This document shows, piece after piece, positions 18,500 to 27,047 of a stretch of DNA of 64,000 bases. The notes below the pieces were generated by a model. That model ran no database searches. It was given only the letters and a program-made list of their open reading frames with translations, and was not told where the DNA came from. Origin of the DNA: an uncultured bacterium (GTDB taxonomy: Bacteria > Verrucomicrobiota > Verrucomicrobiia > Limisphaerales > UBA8199). The translations under genes were made by a program, and so were the position numbers. Where the stretch lies: assembly GCA_963749495.1 (NCBI GenBank), contig CAVVMW010000021.1:416001-480000 (forward strand), written 5' to 3'. Position 1 is the first letter of the stretch. Every line of letters begins with the position of its first letter.

Positions 18500-19845
18500 G
18501 ACCCAGGAGCCTCATGCTGATCGCCGGCGAGGCCAGCGGCGACACACTCGCGGCGGAGTTGGTCCAGGCCCTCCGCCTGGAATTCGGGCTGGCGCTGGCG
18601 GCGGCGGCCCCCAGCCGGGATTCCCAGCCCTTGCGCGCCGGGCTGGAGCCGCGCTTTTTCGGCGCCGGCGGCCCGCGCATGGCCGCCGCGGGAGTCGAGT
18701 TGGCCTTCGATATGACTGCCCATTCGGTCCTCGGGTTGTCGGACGTGCTGCGGGACCTTCTGAAATTCCGCCGGCTCTTCGACCGTTTGTTCGGCCTGGC
18801 CCTGGACCGCCAGCCCGACGCCATCATCTGCGTGGATTTCTCCGGCTTCAATCGCCGCTTTGCCCATGCTGTCCGCAACTACACCCGATCCCGCTGCGAT
18901 TGGTTTCACGACTGGAACCCCAGGCTCATCCAGTACGTCTCACCCCAGGTCTGGGCCTCGCGCGAAGGGCGCGCCCGCAAGATGGCGCGGGACTGTGATT
19001 TGCTGCTGAGCATCCTCCCTTTCGAAAGGGCCTGGTTCGCGCAGCGCCTGCCCGCCTTCCGGGTCGAGTTCGTCGGCCATCCCATGGTGGACCGCTGCGC
19101 GGGGCCAGTGGGGCAGACCTCTGGTCTGCCGGTTAGGGGGGCCTCTGGCCCCGTGGGTGCCGAGTTGCCGGGCGCGCCGTCTGCCAAGATCGACACGCCT
19201 CCAGAGGAGGCGCTAACCGGCAGACCAGAGGTCTGCCCCACGGTCCTGCTCCTGCCCGGCAGCCGCCCCGGCGAGTTGCGCCGCCATCTGCCCGTCCTGC
19301 TCGAGGCCGCCAGGCTGATTGCCGCAGAATTGCCCGCCTCGTTCCGCATGATCCTCCCCGACGAGACCCTGGCCAGGTCCGTCCAATCGCTGCTCACCCG
19401 GGCGCAAGGCCAGGCCCCGCCCCTCCCTATCCAGGTCCAGACCGGCGGGCTTGCCGAGGCGCTCGCCCGGGCGGACCTGGCTTTGACCAAGTCCGGCACG
19501 ATCACCCTCGAGTGCGCCTTCTTCGGCGTGCCTGCGATCGTGTTCTACAAGACATCCCTGATCACTTACCTCGCCGCAAAACAGATCGTCAAAGTGAAGT
19601 ACATCGCCATGCCCAACCTGCTGGCGGGCCAACCGCTCTTCCCCGAGTTCATCCAGGGCGCCGCCACGCCCCGGAACATCGCCCGTGCCGCCGTGGCGCT
19701 CCTGCGCGACGAACCGCGCCGCGCCGCCATCAAAGCCCGCGTCGCCCAAGTCGTCTCCGCCCTTGGCCCTGCCGGCGCCAGCCGCCGCGCCGCCCGCGCC
19801 ATCGTCCGGCTCCTGGAGGGCGAGGGTCCAGTGCCACCAAGGTGA
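18496..19845 (+). CDS. lpxB: Lipid-A-disaccharide synthase (with in-frame REPIN insert)
   Basis: IAGEASGD, VDFSGFN, YVSPQVWA, ILPFE, FVGHP, LLPGSR, KSGTITLE, MPNLL. Confidence 0.95.
   Translation: MRPRSLMLIAGEASGDTLAAELVQALRLEFGLALAAAAPSRDSQPLRAGLEPRFFGAGGPRMAAAGVELAFDMTAHSVLGLSDVLRDLLKFRRLFDRLFGLALDRQPDAIICVDFSGFNRRFAHAVRNYTRSRCDWFHDWNPRLIQYVSPQVWASREGRARKMARDCDLLLSILPFERAWFAQRLPAFRVEFVGHPMVDRCAGPVGQTSGLPVRGASGPVGAELPGAPSAKIDTPPEEALTGRPEVCPTVLLLPGSRPGELRRHLPVLLEAARLIAAELPASFRMILPDETLARSVQSLLTRAQGQAPPLPIQVQTGGLAEALARADLALTKSGTITLECAFFGVPAIVFYKTSLITYLAAKQIVKVKYIAMPNLLAGQPLFPEFIQGAATPRNIARAAVALLRDEPRRAAIKARVAQVVSALGPAGASRRAARAIVRLLEGEGPVPPR
19108..19241. repeat. REPIN-like element inside the lpxB coding sequence
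   Basis: Perfect 29-bp inverted repeats GTGGGGCAGACCTCTGGTCTGCCGGTTAG at 19108-19136 and 19213-19241. Confidence 0.9.
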
Positions 19846-19920
19846 ATGAATTGCCTAAACCAAGACCCTTTCGCGCGTCCACCATCAGCCACTGCTACGC
19901 AGTGAGCGGGACGCACCGCG

Positions 19921-20132
19921 CGCGTCGCGTAGCGACGCAGTGATGGTAGCCGTGGACCTCGGTCCACGGTTTGCAGCGCGGGAAGGATCGAGCGTCGCGT
20001 AGCGACGCCTGACAGCCTGCAACTGGCGGATCGCATCCTGTTTTCAGGCGTCGCTACGCGACGCTGGCGAGCTTGGCCCATGGGTCCGTGGACTGGAAGT
20101 CCACGGCTACCATCAGGCACCGCTACGCGGTG
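19921..20132. repeat. REP-like multi-hairpin element
   Basis: Reverse-complement homologue of 11704-11915. Confidence 0.85.
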
Positions 20133-20300
20133 AGCAGGCCGTCCGCCGCAACCCGGACCGTTTTCCTGCTGACATCATGTTTGAACTGGGGAGCCACGAA
20201 GTGGCTGCCCTGGTGTCACAAAATGTGATACCTGGCCGCGGCAAGCTTGGCGGAGCCCCGCCCATGGCCTTCACCGAGCAGGGGGTGGCCATGCTCTCCA
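20132..20300 (+). pseudogene. ORF6N-domain remnant (C-terminal half)
   Basis: QAVRRNPDRFPADIMFEL...SQNVIP....GG..PMAFTEQGVAMLS; 5' end replaced by the repeat. Confidence 0.75.
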
Positions 20301-20447
20301 TTCGGGATTTCGCCAGATCCGACGGTGAAATTGCATCGGATTTCGGCAGTGGTTCCATCTCCGCGACGTGCGCCGGCTGGCCCCAACCATGCCGTGAACC
20401 CCACTGCGCTATTGCCTTTCTCGCCGTGAAATGGTTTATTTCACGGC

Positions 20448-21704
20448 ATGAACGACATTCGTCCGCGTTGGTTTGAGCGCAACCTCCAATCCGCCCTCCG
20501 AGTGCTGCCCGTGACGGTCGTCACCGGCGCGCGGCAGACGGGCAAGACGACCCTGGTCAAGTCCCTTGGACCCGGCCGCGCCTACTTCACGCTGGATGAG
20601 GTCGGCGTGTTGGACCAAGCCGAGCGCGATCCCGACGCCCTGCTCCGCAGCCGGCCGGTCACGCTCGATGAAGTGCAGCGCACTCCGCCCCTGCTCCTGG
20701 CCGTCAAGCGGGCGGTGGACGAGCGCCGGCGCGCGGGTGATTTCCTGCTCACCGGCTCCGCCAACCTGCTCCTCATGGGCCGCGTGGCCGACACGCTGGC
20801 CGGGCGCGCGATCTACCTCGAACTGCCGCCCTTCTGCCCGTCGGAATGGCAGCAACGAAGGGACGCCCTCCTGCCGCTCGACCGCCTCTTTGCGGCCGAC
20901 TTCGACTTCCGGGAGTGGCCGGCTCAAACCGGCGACTGGCCAGGTTGGCTCCTGCGGGGCGGCTTCCCTCCGGCGCTCGCCATCGCGGGCGACGCCGATC
21001 GCGCGCTGTGGTTTTCCGCCTACGTCCAGACCTACCTGGAGCGCGATCTCCGTCAATTGAGCGCGGTGTCCAGCCTGCCGGACTTCCAAAGGGTGATGGC
21101 GCTGGCCGCTCACCGGGTGGGCCGGTTGCTCAACCAGGCCGACATCGCCCGCAACGCCGCGCTGCCCCATCCCACCGCGCACCGCTACCTGAACCTGCTG
21201 GAAACCGGCTGCCTGGTCACCCGCATCCGCCCCTTTGCCACGAACCCGTCCATTCCGCTCGTCAAGGCGCCCAAGCTGTTCTGGACCGACTGCGGCCTCG
21301 CGGCTTCCCTGGCTGGCATCAAGACCCCGGCGGACTTGGCCAACCGTCCCGACACGGGTTTCTGGCTGGAACAGACTCTCTTCCAGACGCTGCAAACCTG
21401 GCGCGCGTTGGAGCCGCTTGGGCGCAAACTCCATTTCTGGCGGGACCGGTCGGGACGTGAGGTTGATTTCGTTCTCGAACAGGGCGGAAAGCTGGTCGCA
21501 CTGGAAATCAAAACCGCCAGCACGGTCACCAGTGCCGACGCGGCTGGCATCCGGGCGTTTCGCGATTCGCTCACGAGGAAATCGGCGCTCGTGCGCAGCG
21601 CTGTGTTTCACGCCGGTCAAGCTCGCCCGCTGGACACCGACATCCTCGCGCTGCCTTGGGGATGGATGGTGGCCGCACTAGAGTCCTTGAATTTCAAAAC
21701 GTGA
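20448..21704 (+). CDS. AAA+ ATPase with DUF4143 domain
   Basis: TGARQTGKTT, LDEVQR, LLTGSA, YVQTYLERD, VKAPKL, EVDFVLE...LEIK. Confidence 0.9.
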   Translation: MNDIRPRWFERNLQSALRVLPVTVVTGARQTGKTTLVKSLGPGRAYFTLDEVGVLDQAERDPDALLRSRPVTLDEVQRTPPLLLAVKRAVDERRRAGDFLLTGSANLLLMGRVADTLAGRAIYLELPPFCPSEWQQRRDALLPLDRLFAADFDFREWPAQTGDWPGWLLRGGFPPALAIAGDADRALWFSAYVQTYLERDLRQLSAVSSLPDFQRVMALAAHRVGRLLNQADIARNAALPHPTAHRYLNLLETGCLVTRIRPFATNPSIPLVKAPKLFWTDCGLAASLAGIKTPADLANRPDTGFWLEQTLFQTLQTWRALEPLGRKLHFWRDRSGREVDFVLEQGGKLVALEIKTASTVTSADAAGIRAFRDSLTRKSALVRSAVFHAGQARPLDTDILALPWGWMVAALESLNFKT

Positions 21705-21721
21705 TGCAGACAGGTCAAGTT

Positions 21722-21776
21722 TGTGGCACGGGCATCCTGCCCGTGGGGGGGGCTTGGGCAGGATGCCCGAGCCACG
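21722..21776. repeat. GTGG-type REP doublet
   Basis: GTGGCACGGGCATCCTGCCCGTG...GGGCAGGATGCCCGAGCCAC. Confidence 0.7.
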
Positions 21777-21849
21777 GTCTGAGGCCCTGCCTCTCTAGAA
21801 GAATCGTGCCAGGACCGGCGGGGATAAAACTGACCTCCTTGAGCTTCAA

Positions 21850-21987
21850 GTTGAGAGGCGCATCTTTTTGCTCCGTGGCCTCAGGGTCATGTTCGACTAC
21901 GACCTCGCTGAGCTTTACGGTGTGGAGACCAAGGCCCTGAACCGTGCCGTTAAGAGGAATGTCGAGCGTTTTCCAGACGACTTCATG
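21850..21987 (+). pseudogene. ORF6N-domain remnant (N-terminal half)
   Basis: VERRIFLLRGLRVMFDYDLAELYGVETKALNRAVKRNVERFPDDFM, then truncated. Confidence 0.8.
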
Positions 21988-21991
21988 TGTG

Positions 21992-22303
21992 CTAAAGGAG
22001 GCCATCTCGCCTCAACTCCGCTTTGAACTGCTCGTGCGGGATGGTCGGTTCCTCCCGCCGTTCTGCTATCGCGGCGAGATCGTCGAGGTCCTCCAGCATC
22101 TTTTCATAATCCGTGATGGGGAGCACCACGGCCGTTTTCTTGCCGGCCTCGTCGGTCAGATACCGAAGCGATTGGGCGTCAATGGGCACAAGGACAGCCA
22201 CCGGTTCCCCCTGCGCCGTGACAACCAGGTCGCCGGCCCTGGCCGCCTCGCGCCATTGCTCCGTTGGCTTCCGCTTCAGCTCACTAACCGTGATCGTGCT
22301 CAT
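21992..22303 (-). CDS. Orphan, apparently chimeric antitoxin (Phd/YefM-like N-terminus)
   Basis: ITVSELK...DLVVTAQGEPVAVLVP fused to YLTDEAGKKTAVVLPI..YE..LEDL.DL. Confidence 0.65.
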   Translation of the reverse strand: MSTITVSELKRKPTEQWREAARAGDLVVTAQGEPVAVLVPIDAQSLRYLTDEAGKKTAVVLPITDYEKMLEDLDDLAAIAERREEPTIPHEQFKAELRRDGLL

Positions 22304-22444
22304 GGCTGCAATCTACCCCATTCGGGACGCCTCCCGCAAGCTGGCGCTGATGCGGAGGATGGTCCTTCGAGAACGGGGTCAGCCAACCCATAGCATGGTT
22401 CGCACCGTCGCGGAACCACACCAAGCTATGGGCTGACCCATAAT

Positions 22445-22685
22445 TCGAGTTCGTCGGCCATCCCGTGGTGGACCGCTGTGCAGCGCCAGGCACTGGCGGG
22501 GCGCAGGCATCTTTGTCCCAACCTTTGTCGCAGCCTTTGTCGCAACCTTTGTCGATTTGGGCGGGTTTTCGACAAAGGTTCCGACGAAGGTTTCGACAAA
22601 GACACCAGAGGTCACCCCAAGCGCCTGACGGTGGGGCCGGAGTGAGGGGCTGCTCACCCGGGCCGAAGGCCAGGCGCGGCCCCTC
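22445..22685 (+). pseudogene. Decayed internal duplicate of lpxB
   Basis: 22445-22489 matches 19064-19108 (41/45); 22649-22685 matches 19389-19425 (33/37); colinear and same strand. Confidence 0.8.
22510..22601. repeat. 12-mer tandem/inverted repeat (ACCTTTGTCGCA family)
   Basis: Forward and reverse arrays; also at 25526-25559 and 25820-25852. Confidence 0.8.
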
Positions 22686-22700
22686 GACCCCGCCCCTCGG

Positions 22701-23834
22701 TCACGCCGCCTGGCGCTGGGCGGGGCGGGCGGGGATGCCGGCCAGGCGGGCCAGTTCGCGGTGGAGGCGGGCGACACGTTCGACCTGGCCCTTGGCGGCA
22801 AACCGCTCGTAAAAGCCCTCGTTGCGGAAGTCGCGCACGTGCTCGGTCCATGGGGAGAGCCGCTGACGCCAGCGGTCGAGGCGGCCCTCTTCGGGGGCGG
22901 CGTCCTGGGCGGCGAGATCGGCGCAGACGCGGATCATGGCCTTGAGGGTGACCGGTTTGGTGACCATGTGGCTGTCATTGCCCCAGGCCTCCTCGAAGAC
23001 CTGCGAGGCGGCCTTGAGAAAATCGCCGACGCAGTCGTAATAGCGGGCCGCCGCCCGTTTGTCGGCGCCTTCGGGCTCGATTTGCTGCCAGTCCTGTTTG
23101 ACCCAGCGATGGATTTCGTTGAACAACTCCGCCTGGAGGATCCACTTGTCCTGTTTGCTGCGGCCACCCAGGCGGTTGATGCGATACCGCAGCGGGCTGT
23201 CCCCCTGGCTGTAGAGCATCTGGACGACCCGCGCCGCGAACCGGCGGTCCGGCTCCGCCCAGGACACCCGCTCGTAGAGGTCCACCAGGTGGCTCTTGTT
23301 GATGCGCGTGGGCGTCGAGTTGATGATGACGAACATCTCCGCGGCAAAATCCTCGCTCCGCCCGTCGAAGATGACGCACGGCACATAGATCGACTTGGCC
23401 TCGTCCGGGTGCGTCCGCTCGTAGAACTGCAGCGCGGCCAGCCGGTGCTGCCCGTCTATGATCAGGAATTTCTCCGCCGGGTCCGGGAGGTTGCCCACCG
23501 TCTGGTTTCCCGCCAGCAACTCGAATTGGAGCTTCTCCGGCGTGAACAGCAGCACCGTGCCCGGTATCGGCGGCTGGCTCACGGCCGTCTCGTAGAAGTT
23601 GCGGATGGCGCGCACCTTCGAGCGCGAGAGCAACCGCTGGAAGGCCTTCTCGCTCCGCTCGACCCGCCCAATGAATTGCGCCACGTCGTCCTCCGCCGCC
23701 GCCTCTTCGGGCTTGATCTCCTCGCCCTCGTCGTAAAAACGGCTGATGAACCGCACCCGGCCCAGCAGGTCCTCCGACGGATAAGCCACGAAATAAAACA
23801 CCGCGTCCTTCTGCCGTATCTGCGTTGCGATCAT
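22701..23834 (-). CDS. DGQHR-domain (DndB-like) protein
   Basis: FQRLL...V..I, IIDGQHRLAAL, MFVIINST. Confidence 0.88.
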   Translation of the reverse strand: MIATQIRQKDAVFYFVAYPSEDLLGRVRFISRFYDEGEEIKPEEAAAEDDVAQFIGRVERSEKAFQRLLSRSKVRAIRNFYETAVSQPPIPGTVLLFTPEKLQFELLAGNQTVGNLPDPAEKFLIIDGQHRLAALQFYERTHPDEAKSIYVPCVIFDGRSEDFAAEMFVIINSTPTRINKSHLVDLYERVSWAEPDRRFAARVVQMLYSQGDSPLRYRINRLGGRSKQDKWILQAELFNEIHRWVKQDWQQIEPEGADKRAAARYYDCVGDFLKAASQVFEEAWGNDSHMVTKPVTLKAMIRVCADLAAQDAAPEEGRLDRWRQRLSPWTEHVRDFRNEGFYERFAAKGQVERVARLHRELARLAGIPARPAQRQAA

Positions 23835-23973
23835 TTCTGCGCCTTTCGTTGAAACTGCACCCGGTTCGCCAATGCGCCCGGCCCTCGTAAAACCCGACGC
23901 GTCCGGCCTGGCGCGTTCGCCATCGAGGGCCATCTTAATCCGGCTCCGCCCGGAAGACAAGACCAGGCGAGTC

Positions 23974-24108
23974 GTAGCGCAGGTTTCCAAACCTGCTGTA
24001 TCGCCGATTTCCAATCGGCAGGGCGTCGGCATATCGAGCGCCCCCGATTTGCCGACGGCCTGCGGGTTTGGAAACCCGCGATACGGCAGGTTTGGAAACC
24101 TGCGCTAC
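23974..24108. repeat. GTAG-type REPIN
   Basis: GTAGCGCAGGTTTCCAAACCTGC...GCAGGTTTGGAAACCTGCGCTAC. Confidence 0.88.
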
Positions 24109-24207
24109 GCTGGCGCCCCGGGGCGCACAGGCGCGCCGAGCGACTCTGTCAATGGCCCTGCCCCGTCCCTCGGCGGTCCCCACTTCTTGCTTGCGGCATG
24201 ACAAAAC

Positions 24208-25515
24208 ATGGCCGATGGTCCTTCACACTGGATAGGCACACACTTTATGAACGGCCCGGAGCTTTCGGTCCTCTTTTTCATGCAGATGTTCTGCATCCTG
24301 GCGGTCTGCCGCGGGGTGGGGGCGGTGGCGCGCCGGCTGGGCCAGCCGCAGGTGGTGGGGGAGATGGTTGCGGGGGTGTTCCTGGGGCCGTCCTTGCTGG
24401 GGCTGGTGTTGCCCGGACCGCAGCAGCAACTCTTTCCCGGAGAATCTTTGAAGTTCCTCTACATCGGGGCCCAGTTGGGCGTGGGTCTTTATATGTTCCT
24501 GGTGGGGGTGGAATTCAACAGGGAGACCTTTGCGAACCGGGCGCGGAGCGCTTTGACGATCTCGGCAGCCGGGATGGTTGCGCCGTTCCTCCTGGGCGCC
24601 GGGCTGGCGCTGGCTTTCTTCAAGGCCCCGGGCTTGTTTTCGACTCGGGCGACCCCGTTCGAGGCGATGCTCTTTTTGGGGGCGGCGATGTCGATTACGG
24701 CGTTCCCGATGCTCGCGCGGATCATCTATGAGCGCGGGTTGACGGGTTCGCCGCTGGGCACGCTGACTCTGGCAGCGGGAGCGCTTGGGGACGCGGGGGC
24801 GTGGTGCGTGCTGGCGATCGTGCTGGCCAGCTTCGGCGCAGGACCGGCGGTGGCGGTCAGGGCCATCGCGGGCGGGCTGGCTTACGGGGTCGGCGTGCTC
24901 ACCATTGGGCGGAGGCTCCTGGCCCGGCTCGGCGTGGCGGCGGAGCGTGCCGGCAGAATCACTCCCGGCCTGATGGCTCTTACCCTGATGCTCTTCCTGC
25001 TGGGGGCCTGCACCACCGATGCCATCGGCATTCATGCCGTGTTCGGCGGTTTCCTGCTCGGGGTGGCGATGCCGCGGGGGTTCTTCGCGCGCGAAATCCG
25101 GCGCCAACTCGAGCCGTTTGCCGTCGTCTTCCTCCTGCCGATGTTTTTCACTTTCTCCGGGCTCAACACCCGGCTCGACCTGCTGGTGAATCCGCAGATG
25201 TGCTGGATCGCTCTCGCCATCATCGCGGCGGCCTGCCTGGGCAAGGGGGGCGCCTGCTGGGCGGCAGCGCGGCTCGGTGGGGAGGACAACCGGACGGCCC
25301 TGGCGGTCGGCACCCTGATGAACGCGCGGGGCCTCATGGAGTTGATCCTCATCAACATCGGCCTCCAGCGAGGCATCATCCAGCCCGGGCTTTTCTCGAC
25401 CCTGGTCCTCATGGCCATCGTTACAACCCTAATGGCCTCGCCCGTCTTCGAGTGGGTCTATGGGCGCCACGCCCGCAAGAGCGAGGGCCTGAAAGTCATG
25501 CCCGCGGAGGCGTGA
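24208..25515 (+). CDS. Cation:proton antiporter (CPA2 / Kef-type membrane domain)
   Basis: LGQPQVVGEM.AG..LGPS, SITAFPMLARI, GIHAVFGGF, LMNARGLMEL; many transmembrane segments. Confidence 0.93.
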   Translation: MADGPSHWIGTHFMNGPELSVLFFMQMFCILAVCRGVGAVARRLGQPQVVGEMVAGVFLGPSLLGLVLPGPQQQLFPGESLKFLYIGAQLGVGLYMFLVGVEFNRETFANRARSALTISAAGMVAPFLLGAGLALAFFKAPGLFSTRATPFEAMLFLGAAMSITAFPMLARIIYERGLTGSPLGTLTLAAGALGDAGAWCVLAIVLASFGAGPAVAVRAIAGGLAYGVGVLTIGRRLLARLGVAAERAGRITPGLMALTLMLFLLGACTTDAIGIHAVFGGFLLGVAMPRGFFAREIRRQLEPFAVVFLLPMFFTFSGLNTRLDLLVNPQMCWIALAIIAAACLGKGGACWAAARLGGEDNRTALAVGTLMNARGLMELILINIGLQRGIIQPGLFSTLVLMAIVTTLMASPVFEWVYGRHARKSEGLKVMPAEA

Positions 25516-25626
25516 AGCAGGGGAGACCTTTGTCGCAGCCTTTGTCGAAACCTTTGTCGGACCGGCCATGTTGCGATTAGATTAGACCTTGGTTCATAAG
25601 TAATCGGACACGCATACACCTCGCAC

Positions 25627-25728
25627 AAAAGCGGCAGAGGACTGCCGCACTCCAAAACGCTTCGCGAAGCAGGGATGCGGCCGAGGTCGCGCTAGCGTCT
25701 TGGAGTGCGGCAGTCCTCTGCCGCTTTT
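25627..25728. repeat. REP doublet AAAGCGGCAGAGGACTGCCGCACTCCAA
   Basis: Inverted pair; family members at 36527, 40807 and (degenerate) 46020. Confidence 0.85.
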
Positions 25729-25880
25729 CCTCGCAAACCCAATCTCTAAGCCCGTGCCGAGGGGCAGAGATTCCTGTTGTTGACCTTCGATTTCTGGCTT
25801 CCTGTGAACGGAGACCTAACGACAAAGGCTGCGACAAAGGTTGCGACAAAGGTCCGGAGCTGGGGTTTTTGGGCCGCGCG

Positions 25881-27014
25881 TTACCTGAAGCGGGTTTGCT
25901 CGAAGCGCGCGTAATCCTTCATCATCTGCTCGGTGGCGCTGGGGGGGATGGTTTTCAGCGCGCACTCGATGTCCTCGGGGGTGAGCAGGTTGGAGCCGCC
26001 GCCGATCGCGCGGCGGAAGCCGGCCCGCTTGGCGCTTTGGATAATGGCGACGATGTCCGACCCGGTGTAGCCGTTGAGCCTCGGCGCCAGGGCCGGGGGG
26101 TTCACCGCCGCATCGACCGGGGCGGCGCCGAGCTGCTTCTTGAGCATGAACTCAATCGCCGGCTCATCGGGCAGGCCGACGAAGATCTTCTCGTCGAACC
26201 GGCCGGTGCGGAAGACGGCGTCATCGATGTCCCAGGGTTTATTGGTGGCGCCCAGCAGGAGCAGGACGTTGGGGGACTCGACGAATCCGCCGATCTCGGC
26301 CAGGAACTGGACGACCAGGCGGTTGTCCACCACGGAGTTGCCGCCCCGGCGCGGGAGCAGGCCGTCCACGTCATCCAGGAAGAGGACGCTGACCGCCTGG
26401 GAGCGTGCGGCCAGGATGAGCTTGCGCAGGCGCTGCTCGGATTCCCCATGCCATTTGCTGCGGATCTCGGCGCCGGTCGCGTAAAAAAAGGCCGCGTCCA
26501 ATTCCCCCGCCACCGCCTTGCCCAGGGTGGTTTTGCCGTTGCCCGGCGGGCCAAAAAGGAGCAGGCCGCCGCCGGCGCGGATGCCCCATTCCCTGGCCTT
26601 GTCCGGGTGCCGCATCGGTTCGATGACCATCTCATCCAGCTTGGTCTTGACATCGTCCATGCCAGCGATGTCGTTCAGACGCACGTTGGGCTTGTCGGTG
26701 ACCAGCCAGTCTTCGCTGCCCTCGGCCGCCTCCCCTTTGCCTGCGGGTTGGTCGCTCACCGGTTGGCGGGCCCGGCTGGACGAATCGGCGCCGGCGGCTT
26801 TGGCCTTCTGCTGCAACTCCTCGGCAATCTCGACCAGGTCTCGAGCCTCGGTCACAAAACCGCGCCGGATCCGGCCGTCGGTCTTGTCCGAGAGCTTGAG
26901 GGCGAACTCGGCCGCCTTGGCCATGTGGAAGGCCCCGCCTCGCAAATTGCCCTCCTGCATCGCCGTTTCGGCGGCGGCCGCATGTTCACGCTTTTTATCG
27001 GCATCGAAGCTCAT
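25881..27014 (-). CDS. Single-ring AAA ATPase with MIT-like N-domain (Vps4/CdvC-like)
   Basis: KPNVRLNDIAG, GPPGNGKT, SKWHGESE, LFLDDVD, ATNKPWDID, C-terminal TPEDIECALKTIPPS; doubled AAGGAGG ribosome-binding site. Confidence 0.9.
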   Translation of the reverse strand: MSFDADKKREHAAAAETAMQEGNLRGGAFHMAKAAEFALKLSDKTDGRIRRGFVTEARDLVEIAEELQQKAKAAGADSSSRARQPVSDQPAGKGEAAEGSEDWLVTDKPNVRLNDIAGMDDVKTKLDEMVIEPMRHPDKAREWGIRAGGGLLLFGPPGNGKTTLGKAVAGELDAAFFYATGAEIRSKWHGESEQRLRKLILAARSQAVSVLFLDDVDGLLPRRGGNSVVDNRLVVQFLAEIGGFVESPNVLLLLGATNKPWDIDDAVFRTGRFDEKIFVGLPDEPAIEFMLKKQLGAAPVDAAVNPPALAPRLNGYTGSDIVAIIQSAKRAGFRRAIGGGSNLLTPEDIECALKTIPPSATEQMMKDYARFEQTRFR

Positions 27015-27047
27015 TGTTCCTCCTTGGACCTCCTTGGTTCACCCGCA

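Noticed and set aside
22376..22439. GGGTCAGCC inverted-repeat mini-element
   Set aside because: The inverted ends are real, but there is no target duplication or second copy to support mobility
22510..22601. 12-mer and heptamer arrays as CRISPR
   Set aside because: Units are too short, have no unique spacers, and no cas genes are present
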